Below are positions 42,788-54,700 of a DNA stretch of 64,000 nucleotides, piece after piece (position 1 is the first letter of the stretch; every line of letters begins with the position of its first letter). The notes below the pieces were generated by a model that worked only from the letters and a program-made list of their open reading frames with translations, made no database searches and was not told where the DNA came from. A program made the translations under genes and the position numbers. Origin of the DNA: Bugula neritina (Eukaryota; Animalia; Bryozoa). The DNA is taken from the NCBI GenBank assembly GCA_964035545.1, contig OZ037769.1:10942633-11006632 (forward strand), given 5' to 3'.

Positions 42788-45268
42788 TCAAAGAAATTTT
42801 CCTTTTTGCTGTTGGTGGATTTCTGTATTCCGGTCCTCTATTATTGAGTATAGGAAAAACCGAAATTTTGCCGCAGTCATGTATTTAACGGTATGCTTAT
42901 ACTTCTTTAGCCAGGAGAATGTTTGCTCTGCACATTCTGTGTTTGCTGCACTTATTTCCGTGAAGATCGGCAAATCTGGATGGTATTTGCATGAGGCTTG
43001 GGAAATGTCACACTCTGCTTTTGTATGACCTCTGATGTGAAATCTGTCTACCAGATATTTCAATTTGCTGAGCTCAGCAGCACCAGCATTTCCGTTCTTA
43101 TGCAGTCGCTCCACAAATGGCTGAAATTCACATGCCCTGTCATAGCCCACATATTTCAACTTGTCTCCATGATCATCTATTAACTTCAACAACTGGACAA
43201 AGAGTTGGCTTGCCGATTCACAAGTGTACATCTCCCGATGATCTATGATTATCCCACAGGGCTTGACAATGGCCATAATCCCAGCTGTTTTTTGATGAAA
43301 TCTAGTTATATTCTTTGTTTTTTTGCAGCCAATATTTTCATCTTCTTCTTGCATCTTTACCACATCTTTACTCACATCAACAATCCTAGATGATACAGCT
43401 TGATCTGGCACATTAATTGTCACTATGATGTGTTTGTCAACAATGTCTGAATCTAAAAATTGATGATCTTTGCAATATACCGACGAGGATTTGTTTTTTC
43501 CTCCTAAAGTTGGTGTGTTTGGGCAGCAACCTATAGTGTTGGGCATTCCCTTCCCTAACTTAAAATGTTGTTTAGGAGCAGCACAAATTCTTCTGTTTAT
43601 TTTTTCATTGCCATCACACATAACAAATCCCTCTGAGCAACCTTTTATTTTACAATTGTGAGCAGCCCATTTACTGTTCTGTGCGAATATTATTTCAGCT
43701 GCTTCATCACACACGTCATCTATGGCAAGCCGGTTAGCTATATTATCTTTTGAGAAGCTGACATTGTTATTGAAGTATTTTAATAGCTGGGCTATAAAAT
43801 AAACATCTTCTAGTCTGGTTTTAAAAACTTCTCCTCTGTACTCATCTGAGCCATACAGCTTACTGTATCGCTCACAGAGCTCCCCAAAGCTGCGACCTAG
43901 TTGAATATCAACTAGCACTTCTTTAAGGTAATCCAATGTAAAGGCTGTTGACCGGCTTGTCATCATAATTTTATCGTCCTTTGATGTTGTGTAGAATGTT
44001 CTGCTGGTGTTGGTTTCTTCATAAGTTGGAAAATATGCAGTCTTACATTTGCTGCACGTAGTGTGATACACTTGTGCTGTTGACATACCATCTCGTGTAT
44101 ACACTACAACTTCCGATGGCCGATCTTTGTCTATCTTCATAATCTACATTAGTGAAAAGTTGATAACATACACTGGTACAAAGGTTTTTTACTACTCTAG
44201 CTATCAAGGTTGGAGTCAATTACATGGTAATGTAATTAATTACAATTACAAGATTATTTGTCCTAACAAGAGAGTACTAAATGTTATTTAATCTCATTTC
44301 TGGGGCAATTTTGACAACTGAAAACCTTCTTTGTTCTTAACAGTAAAAAATAGGTTGATAAATATGACATTAAATTCAAAAACATTAGCAATTCTTTATT
44401 AATTACAATTACAATCAAATTCTTATACATCAATTACAAATTACATTCAATTACTTTAGTAAATGTAATTAATTACAACCAATTACAACTACCCCAACTC
44501 TGCTAGCTATTCATAATATATAATACCAGATACGCATATACACTAATGAAATACTTTTAATGATTTAAATATTAACCGACCTGGTCACAACATAGCTTCT
44601 TTTTTGGTAAAAACACCATATGAGATTTTAAAGGAAGGTTGTACACCATCAAATTATCTTCCCCAATGATCCGGAACACTTCTTTGTAAAAACTGCTGCA
44701 CTCATAGTTACTCTCTTTATGCTTTCCAGCTCCAACCTAATTTTAAATTTAAAACATTTTATTTTGTAATACACATTGCCTCTTATCCAATTCATAAACA
44801 TTAAAAGGGTGTTTTCAAAAATTTCCATATGTGACTAGCTTTCTACAGGAAGCCATGCGATTACCTAGAGTTTCTGCCAATATCTCATTACTTTAAACTA
44901 AGCATTTAACCAAAGTTATCGTATTTACTGTTGTGCGATGATATTTTACTAACAACGGTGTATGATATTCAGTTAATTTACAACATTTCTTTTTTTTCAT
45001 TACATCTCTCAAAAAATATTTAGAAAAACTTCAAATACAAAATTATTAAATTTCTAGTGAATCAATTATATTGTCGTAAGCTAGTTTCTAAATCAACAGA
45101 AACACTCACAGTTATTTTTGTAAGCTCTCCATAGCTTTGAATCTTGGCCAAATGGTCTTTAATGTAACTGGTAATTTTCTTCCATCTGAAAGGAGTTCCC
45201 TCTGGGACAGCAAAGTATGCATAAGCAAACAATGGCATTATTCCAGCTATCAGGGTAAACTGAGGCAT
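42788..45268 (-). CDS. KDZ transposase with CxC5/CxC6-like cysteine clusters (~556 aa)
   Basis: Exons 45110-45268, 44581-44736, 42788-44143 with phase 0 joins; the true start may lie further upstream. CCDQ...VVVYTRDG...CSKCKTAYFPTY is CxC5-like; HNCKIKGC...RICAAP...CPNTP...YCKDH is CxC6-like. Catalytic-type motifs CDGNEK, VKPCGII, GYDRACEF, VDRFHIRGH and NTECAEQTFSWL. No stops or frameshifts. Confidence 0.88.
44205..44502. mobile_element. 298-bp non-autonomous hAT-like MITE in a transposase intron
   Basis: 8-bp TSD CTAGCTAT at 44197-44204 and 44503-44510; termini CAAGGTTGGAG ... CCCCAACTCTG; repeated GTAATTAATTAC/AATTAC subterminal motifs. Confidence 0.8.
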
Positions 45269-46329
45269 GTCAATGTTTGTAGTATCTATAAAATGATACT
45301 CATATAGTTAGAAATATGTTGAAGTGTCTTTTTGAAAGTAGTTATGTAACGTATGATTATACTGTAGAACTATTTATATATGTGGCAAAGAAAACTATTA
45401 CCACTACAAACTTTTTCATTAGATCACAAATTTTTTTTTAAACTTCAACTACAACTATATATTTGTCAGATGCATTTCAATTAATTATACTAGAAATACA
45501 ACAACTTGTCTTATAAAAAAATATAGATGTACATCCAGCAAATTATATATAACTTTAAAAGTATATTGAATGAATTGCACAATTGAAATATCAAGTAAAA
45601 ACTTTTAATGTACATGTCCTAATTCTAAGATTGAAAGCAAAATATAGCAATATTGCTGCGCAACAGTAAAATAATTGAGATAGGTAGCTTAAGTATTTTT
45701 AACTCATACTAAATTTGGGTGTGAAGTTCATTTAGAGTAAAAAAACATTATGCAAAAACTTGAAATAATATACATTTGTGTGAATACTAATTTTAAAAAT
45801 ATTGTTGTATATACATATATATACAGACAAATACTCACATGTACATTTAGAGCATTACGATCAGTGGAAAAATTGAGATAGCCTAAGTTCACTAATTCGG
45901 TTTAAGAAAACGACTTCTTATGGTAAGTTTCTAATTTTGCCCTTTACTTAACCTACCTCTACGTAATGTGATGTAATCAGGCAGAGATCTCCCTCTATAG
46001 AATGACACTCTTTGCTATGATTCTTGCTTTAGAGTGACACTCTAGCTTACACAGCCTGACTAGGAATAGGGAGGGTTTTAGCCGTGATCAGAGTTTATTT
46101 GAATCACCAATGTTGATCAAATACTGACTGTAAAAACTAAAATAATAATGATACAACATAAGGCATAATGATATTAACGCAAACAAAATGTATGTAGTAT
46201 AATAAGTATGTATGTAAAGGCACTAGCAATGTATATCATAAATTGTAGATAGCAGCATGAAATAACAATTCAACCTAGCATGTAACTACAGTCCATATTA
46301 TTGAAACTTTATAGTATAAAAATGTAATC

Positions 46330-46332
<3 letters not shown>

Positions 46333-46402
<70 letters not shown>
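46333..46402. repeat. (TA)n microsatellite
   Basis: Pure TA run. Confidence 0.95.
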
Positions 46403-46406
<4 letters not shown>

Positions 46407-46526
46407 AAATAGAAGTTTGTTACCTTTTCTCTCTCTCCTAATCTACTGTTATGTTGATGCTGTGGCTTTGCACAGTCTTTCAAATAATGCTACTCTTTGG
46501 TAGTCTTACATAAACTTAAAAAATGT

Positions 46527-46912
46527 TGTCTAAACTGACAGCATGACTAACAATATTGCAACTACTAAAAATGGTTTTGTCTTATATACTAATCCATTTG
46601 ATAAACATTATTGCGTTGTAAGAGGTATGGTTTCACATTTTAGCTATTTTGGGGTAGGATCTTACTGTTTCAAAGAAGTGGGCTGAAGTAAACAAACACC
46701 TGTGACATCACAGCTGATGCAAGCATAACTGCTGACTATGAATCATTCTACATGCGTAGCTACTGTTTTGGGGTAGTAATTAAAGAAGCATTAGGTTGAC
46801 TACTGGCAGCTAGTGGTTATATAGGCTAATTGAAGGTTGATGACATTGTGATTGTGCGTGATGGTACTACGAGTTATAATTCCTGTAAACATCCTATTTC
46901 GTAACATTACAC
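46527..46912 (-). repeat. Left arm of the central ~390-bp inverted repeat (LTR-like)
   Basis: Reverse complement of 48275-48665; the inner part is nearly identical and the outer part has scattered mismatches and small indels. Confidence 0.95.
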
Positions 46913-48274
46913 CCTCCTTGTAAGAGATAGAGATAATAAAGTGTTGGTATAGTTGTGCTGTAAATCTTGAGGAAATGCTAACTTATGCACTTTTAGATAG
47001 CATGTCAGATACCGCATTTGTAACCAACCAAGTTGTTAGTAAGCTATAAACAGCTACAAGCAAACCAGTTTCTCTTAAACTAACAACAATGACAGCTGAC
47101 AACTTGGAAATGAAGTGTAAGGTGTACAATAACTTGACTATTAGAGGACTGAACATGCATGAGCAGATACAAGTAGGATAGACTTACAGTACGGACAGCA
47201 TTCTAATTAACAAGCAGCACATACCCACACCAGAAATTGCCAATAGATGGCCACACCTTAAATGCATTGCAGGTAAAATACCACAAGGTTTAGATATAGA
47301 GATATGAATTTTTATAGGGTATGACAGCTCCAGAGCTTTAGTGCCACTTGAAACTAAAATAGGCCTTGCAATCAATGATCCCTTTGCTCTGAGAACACCT
47401 CTAGGATGGTGTATTGTAGGCAATAGTGGTAAGCATGAAACAAACTCATTTCCCACATGCAATAGGGCTATGGCTCATGAGCAGAACTTGAGTTCAGATA
47501 TCTTGAATGTCCTACAGCAAGATTATACTGACACAAAGTGCATTGCTACTCATAAAATGTCACAGGAAGATGCCAAGTTTTTAGATAACATGCGCAACAA
47601 TATTAAACAAAGAAAAGACAATTATTACAGCATGCCACTGTCATTTAAAAATGCTAAGCCACAATTACCAGACAATAGACAAATAGCTGTGCACAGACTT
47701 GATATCCTCAAAACTAAAATGCTTAAAGACCAGAAATATGAAACAGATTACGTGGCATTTATGGCAGACATAATAAACAATGGCGATGCAGAATTGGTAC
47801 CTACAAATTGTGAGGCAAGCAAACATCAGTGGTACATTCCCCACTTTGGCGTGTATCACCCCAAAAAGAAAAAGATTGGTAAAGCATAAAGGTAGCATAA
47901 CTCCCAGACTCACAATTATTGACTTGACAGATGCTAAACATCTTATACTGCAGTGGGTACAAAAAGGGTCATTTTCAGATGAATATTACAGGCTAAGTAA
48001 AGACAAATGTGTAAGTAAAGATAGAAACACATAAAACTGAGATGACTTAATTCGTAAGGTAAAAGTGCAACTAGCAACTACAGAGTTGAACAGTAAAGGT
48101 GTGAGACTAGCTCCACTCAAATATTTAGATAGGCCTATCCACAAATTAATTTACCTATTTACCCCATAACCTTTGCATGCATACCTATATTAGTATTTTA
48201 GCTTAGTATCTTAAATGCATAATAATATAATTGTTAATTCCCTCTAAGTGAATAGATAGAAATTAAAGGGTCGA
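46913..48274 (+). pseudogene. Internally deleted Bel/Pao LTR-retrotransposon pol relic
   Basis: Protease-downstream region HIPTPEIANRWPHL...FALRTPLGWCIVG; RT start WYIPHFGVYHPKKKKI; abrupt jumps to LTDAKHLILQWVQKGSFSDEY and then the integrase C-tail RKVKVQLATT...LDRPIHKLIYLF. Contains stops and lacks the RT core. Confidence 0.85.
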
Positions 48275-48665
48275 GTGTAATGTTATGAAATAGGATGTTT
48301 ACAGGAATTATAACTCGTAGTACCATCACGCACAATCACAATGTCATCAACCTTCAATTAGCCTATATAACCACTAGCTGCCAGTAGTCAACCTAATGCT
48401 TCTTTAATTACTACCCCAAAACAGTAGCTACGCATGTAGAATGATTCATAGTCAGCAGTTATGCTTGCATCAGCTGTGATGTCACACGGTGTTTGTTTAC
48501 TTCAGCCCACTTCTTTGAAATAGTGAGATCCTACCCCAAAATAGCTAAAATGTGAAATAATACTTCTTGCAACACAATATGATGTTTATCAAATGGATTA
48601 GTATATAAGACAAAACCATTTTTAGTAGTTGCAATATTGTTAGAGTCATGCTGTCAGTTTAGACA
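48275..48665 (+). repeat. Right arm of the central inverted repeat; probable Bel/Pao 3' LTR
   Basis: Follows the integrase tail and a purine-rich AAAGGGTCGAG; begins TGTAATG at 48276 and ends AGACA at 48665; contains TATATAA at about 48365 and 48602. Confidence 0.75.
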
Positions 48666-48744
48666 GTAAAGCAGTAAAGCTCGCCTGATACAGACTACAT
48701 CCAGACTACACCATCTTGGTATTTATACTTAGAATTATAATAGG

Positions 48745-51545
48745 ATGGACACTAACGCAGATACTGATATAACCAATCTCAACTGTGAAGCTATGTCAGT
48801 AGAAAGCACTGAAATTACTATTACAGATACTTCTGAACATGTAAGTATTTGAATTGTTATTAGTAGCTATGGATTTGCATTATTATATTTATACAACTAT
48901 TCTTCTATATCTTGGTAAGGAATAACATTTCTAGGAAATTATAAATGACCAATTGTATTTTTATTTAATAATTTATCATTTAAACCATATTTTACTTACT
49001 TCAGGTAAATCCTGATCCATTATGGGAAGTTCTCCCCAACACTCCGCTGGTAAAGCTATTAGATGATACTTCAAAAGAAGCCTCTGTCAACATCTCGATG
49101 CTGTTGCTACCGGTTCTCACAATTGTGTCTGGATTGATGGGGATTTCTACTGTCTCAACTCATAGGGATGAGATCAACTTTACTGAACCAAATATAATTT
49201 GGTCTGCAGTGGCTGCTCCTCCAGGTTAAACATCATAATCACATATCATGAATGTTGATGTTTATTAACTAATGACTATTAAAATGCCTAAATTATGAAG
49301 AGAACAGAATTTTATTCAAAACCATTTATCAGTCTTTTGCTTAGCATGATTAGAGCTTTTTTTACCCAAACCCCCACGCTTGTATGTTAGGATAAATTAT
49401 TAGTATTTTTTATTTACTGTTACCTAAAGGGTCTCGAAAAACAGTGGCATTGAAGTGTCTGTTGGCAGCCCTCAAGCGAGTGAAAGACACTGTGTGTAAT
49501 GAACAAGCTGAAACAAGTTTTAGTGGACTTTCAACGCAAGGTAGTTATGCAATGTTTCATAATATTTGCAGTTTAAACTTTTGCTGGAAAAAATAACTGC
49601 TCTTTCAGATAAGCATTGTTTTTTCACTTTACTGATAAAAATTTTTCTGTTGCTATTTACTATAGAACTTCTTTATATATAGATAATGAGCCATGTCTCT
49701 CTCGCCTTTTCTGCTCAAATGAAACAATCACTATGGCAAAATTGCATGAGCAATTATCCACCAATAACGGAACTTATCTTAATATACTGGATGAGATTGA
49801 AGGCTTGTTCGAATGTCTAGACAATAAGGGAAGACCAGATTCCCTAGATAGACGAGTTTGGCTAACACTATCTGGTGGTGGGAGCTGGGCCCGAAACAGC
49901 AAGCAAGGCCTACAAGAAATAGAAGAAACAAGATTAAATTACACAGGTACACAAAAGTTCAGTGTGTACATGTAAAATTTCTTTATTTCCTTTTCTTGTA
50001 GTTTGCAGTTTATTGGCTACTGTTCTATTATTTATTAAAAGAAGTGTTGTACAATGGTATATAATATATTTTACCTGTTGAAACTTTATACAAAATCTTT
50101 CATATAACTTCTAGGCTTTCTTCAACCTCGGCTGCTCAACCAGCGCATGAAGAGAGGCGATATAGACGGGTTTTTAGACCGCCATTTGATATGCTTCACC
50201 ACAAAGCGCCATGTAAAGTTTCAAGAGATAGGAAAGCGAGTGGAGAGTGGGAAAGATCTGTTCAATCTTTTTTTGAAGGTGTTTCAAAATCACCATTGTT
50301 CAGAGGTAAAATTTTAAGTAATGCATATATGCTGAATAGTATAAGTCTATATGTATTTGAATCTGCCAAGATAGCTAGTAACTGGTTTGGCATGTAGCTG
50401 GATTTTAAAACTGGATAAGTTATAAGTTGTATGCAAGTGAATCGTGTGTAAAAAAGTTCATTTTCATTAAAATTATGTATTTGGATCTTTATAAATTTTA
50501 ATTGGTTAAGAGACTTGAAATGTATTGTATGTATTGCATTATTTAGTATTTAATATTTGTGAGGCCACTTTTTCAGAAGAACTTCTATAAACTAAATTCA
50601 GAAGCGGGAACATTGTTCGAACATTATTTTGATGAGATGGAGGCAAAAACGTCTGACCTCCCAGCAGCTGATCCGTCTTTGGGACTGGTAAATAAATCTT
50701 CTGTAAGTAAAATTTCGGCAATTTACAAACTTTATAAGCTAGCTTTTACAAATTTCATTGCCTATGTACCAAAAAAACGCTACAGATATTTGCAAATATT
50801 ACTATGTTACGATAACTCAAAGTCACAAGCTTTAAAAATATGAAGTGTGAGAATCTCTTTTACCCAGAATTGTTTTCTAATGAAATTCAGTATCATAGAT
50901 GCAGCTCAATCCATACATGTTTGTAAACACCTTATTGTGTAAACTTATAGTTGCTTGATTGTAATTATGCAGGGTTATGTCCTACGATTGGCCATGGTGC
51001 TGGAAGCGGCAAGCAATGCACTTGAGGAAGGAGTGCCAGGGACTAGAATTGTACAAGCAAGCAGCATGACACAGGCAATTGCAGTTATGCGGCATCTTGA
51101 TGGTTGGAAATTAAATATCATTGGGATGCCTCAAAGAAAGGGTGAACAGGCTGAAGAGGTTAGTGTTTCGAAAAAAAATTGCAATAATGAACAAAGCAAT
51201 TACGATATATGTTGCGAAGCTGCTGTTAAAATATAAAACAATTGAAAATGTGGAGCAAATCATCTTTGGAACCTTCCAATGACTGTTCAAGAAATATATG
51301 TTATGAATTTGCAGAATAGCAGTTACTATGGGGCAATGACCGAAGAACAATTTTTGGAGCTCAATGCGACAAAGAGGTTGCATGCTCTAAAAGAGAAGGT
51401 GATAACAGCAAGGACGCTGCAGCAGAACAAAATAATCAAAACTGCGAGTGAATGCAAGGATTTTTTGATGGCGGCAGAAAAAATAGGACTTGGAACTATA
51501 ACACAAGGAGCAAGAAAAAACTCCATGTATTTTATAAAGAAATAG
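48745..51545 (+). CDS. DUF3987/YfjI-like P-loop AAA+ ATPase (putative MCM-related helicase), 474 aa, 8 exons
   Basis: Exons 48745-48840, 49005-49224, 49430-49540, 49683-49946, 50115-50305, 50577-50702, 50973-51158, 51315-51545 join in frame. EPNIIWSAVAAPPGSRKT is the Walker A (split by an intron); LNILDEIEGLF is the Walker B; also DRRVWLTLSGGGSWARNS, TGFLQP, DGFLDRHL (arginine-finger-like), GYVLRLAMVL and a possible C-terminal winged helix. Confidence 0.82.
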
Positions 51546-51738
51546 AGGATGAGTTGTTTTACATTGATGCTATTTAGAGTAATGTATTTTTTATATTTTA
51601 GCAATTAAATTATTAAATGCTCAAAATGTCAAAAAAATTAGTGTTATGACTATTTTTAATTGAATGGAAGCATGAAATGATCGGCTTCACAGCATAGAAG
51701 CATTCAACAAATACATTGCAGGAAAAAACAATGTACAA

Positions 51739-54700
51739 ACACTTTCAACAAATCTCTGAAAGTGTAGATATATAAAAGCATTGAATTTCCAACAATCTAA
51801 CAACCTAACAAAATAATTTGATAGGGCTCTGTCTAACACTTTCAACAAATCTTCAACACTTTTTTATATATAAAAGCATTGGATTTTCAACAATCTAACA
51901 ATCTAACAAAATAATCAGATAGGGCTCTGTCTAACACTTTCAACAAATCTCCAACACTTTTTTATATATAAAAGCATTGGATTTTCAACAATCTAACAAT
52001 CTAACAAAATAATCAGATAGGGCTCTGTCTAACACTTTCAACAAATCTTCAACACTTTTTTATATATAAAAGCATTGGATTTTCAACAATCTAACAAAAT
52101 AATCAGATAGGGCTCTGTCTAACACTTTCAACAAATCTCCAACACTTTTTTATATATAAAAGCATTGAATTTTCAACAATCTAACAATCTAACAAAATAA
52201 TCAGATAGGGCTCTGTCTAACACTTTCAACAAATCTTCAACACTTTTTTATATATAAAAGCATTGGATTTTCAACAATCTAACAATCTAACAAAATAATC
52301 AGATAGGGCTCTGTCTAACACTTTCAACAAATCTCCAACACTTTTTTATATATAAAAGCATTGGATTTTCAACAATCTAACAATCTAACAAAATAATCAG
52401 ATAGGGCTCTGTCTAACACTTTCAACAAATCTCCAACACTTTTTTATATATAAAAGCATTGAATTTTCAACAATCTAACAATCTAACAAAATAATCAGAT
52501 AGGGCTCTGTCTAACACTTTCAACAAATCTTCAACACTTTTTTATATATAAAAGCATTGAATTTTCAACAATCTAACAATCTAACAAAATATTCAGATAG
52601 GGCTCTGTCTAACACTTTCAACAAATCTTCAACACTTTTTTATATATAAAAGCATTGGATTTTCAACAATCTAACAATCTAACAAAATAATCAGATAGGG
52701 CTCTGTCTAACACTTTCAACAAATCTCCAAAAGTGTAGATATATAAAAGCATTGAATTTTCAACAATCTAACAATCTAACAAAATAATCAGATAGGGCTC
52801 TGTCTAACACTTTCAACAAATCTTCAACACTTTTTTATATATAAAAGCATTGGATTTTCAACAATCTAACAATCTAACAAAATAATCAGATAGGGCTCTG
52901 TCTAACACTTTCAACAAATCTCCAACACTTTTTTATATATAAAAGCATTGGATTTTCAACAATCTAACAATCTAACAAAATAATCAGATAGGGCTCTGTC
53001 TAACACTTTCAACAAATCTTCAACACTTTTTTATATATAAAAGCATTGAATTTTCAACAATCTAACAATCTAACAAAATAATCAGATAGGGCTCTGTCTA
53101 ACACTTTCAACAAATCTTCAACACTTTTTTATATATAAAAGCATTGGATTTTCAACAATCTAACAATCTAACAAAATAATCAGATAGGGCTCTGTCTAAC
53201 ACTTTCAACAAATCTTCAACACTTTTTTATATATAAAAGCATTGGATTTTCAACAATCTAACAATCTAACAAAATAATCAGATAGGGCTCTGTCTAACAC
53301 TTTCAACAAATCTCCAACACTTTTTTATATATAAAAGCATTGAATTTTCAACAATCTAACAATCTAACAAAATAATCAGATAGGGCTCTGTCTAACACTT
53401 TCAACAAATCTTCAACACTTTTTTATATATAAAAGCATTGGATTTTCAACAATCTAACAATCTAACAAAATAATCAGATAGGGCTCTGTCTAACACTTTC
53501 AACAAATCTCCAACACTTTTTTATATATAAAAGCATTGGATTTTCAACAATTTAACAATCTAACAAAATAATCAGATAGGGCTCTGTCTAACACTTTCAA
53601 CAAATCTTCAACACTTTTTTATATATAAAAGCATTGGATTTTCAACAATCTAACAATCTAACAAAATAATCAGATAGGGCTCTGTCTAACACTTTCAACA
53701 AATCTCCAACACTTTTTTATATATAAAAGCATTGGATTTTCAACAATCTAACAATCTAACAAAATAATCAGATAGGGCTCTGTCTAACACTTTCAACAAA
53801 TCTCCAACACTTTTTTATATATAAAAGCATTGAATTTTCAACAATCTAACAATCTAACAAAATAATCAGATAGGGCTCTGTCTAACACTTTCAACAAATC
53901 TCCAACACTTTTTTATATATAAAAGCATTGGATTTTCAACAATCTAACAATCTAACAAAATAATCAGATAGGGCTCTGTCTAACACTTTCAACAAATCTT
54001 CAACACTTTTTTATATATAAAAGCATTGAATTTTCAACAATCTAACAATCTAACAAAATATTCAGATAGGGCTCTGTCTAACACTTTCAACAAATCTTCA
54101 ACACTTTTTTATATATAAAAGCATTGGATTTTCAACAATCTAACAATCTAACAAAATAATCAGATAGGGCTCTGTCTAACACTTTCAACAAATCTCCAAA
54201 AGTGTAGATATATAAAAGCATTGAATTTTCAACAATCTAACAATCTAACTAAATAATCAGATAGGGCTCTGTCTAACAGTTTCAACAAATCTTCAACACT
54301 TTTTTATATATAAAAGCATTGGATTTTCAACAATCTAACAATCTAACAAAATAATCAGATAGGGCTCTGTCTAACACTTTCAACAAATCTCCAAAAGTGT
54401 AGATATATAAAAGCATTGAATTTTCAACAATCTAACAATCTAACAAATTAATCAGATAGGGCTCTGTCTAACACTTTCAACAAATCTTCAACACTTTTTT
54501 ATATATAAAAGCATTGAATTTTCAACAATCCAACAATCTAACAAAATAATCAGATAGGGCTCTGTCTAACACTTTCAACAAATCTCCAACACTTTTTTAT
54601 ATATAAAAGCATTGAATATTCAACAATCTAACAATCTAACAAAATAATCAGATAGGGCTCTGTCTAACACTTTCAACAAATCTTCAACACTTTTTTATAT

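Noticed and set aside
42780-43661. Short + strand ORFs over the transposase, and similar antisense ORFs over other genes
   Set aside because: They are antisense shadows of real coding exons with no independent motifs.
46527-48665. Central inverted repeat as an independent TIR transposon
   Set aside because: No convincing target-site duplication flanks it (AAATGT versus GTAAAG) and the interior is retroelement pol sequence.
48745-51545. Bacterial or phage contamination as the source of the DUF3987-like gene
   Set aside because: The gene has seven canonical spliceosomal introns and lies within a TSD-flanked element between intron-rich animal genes.
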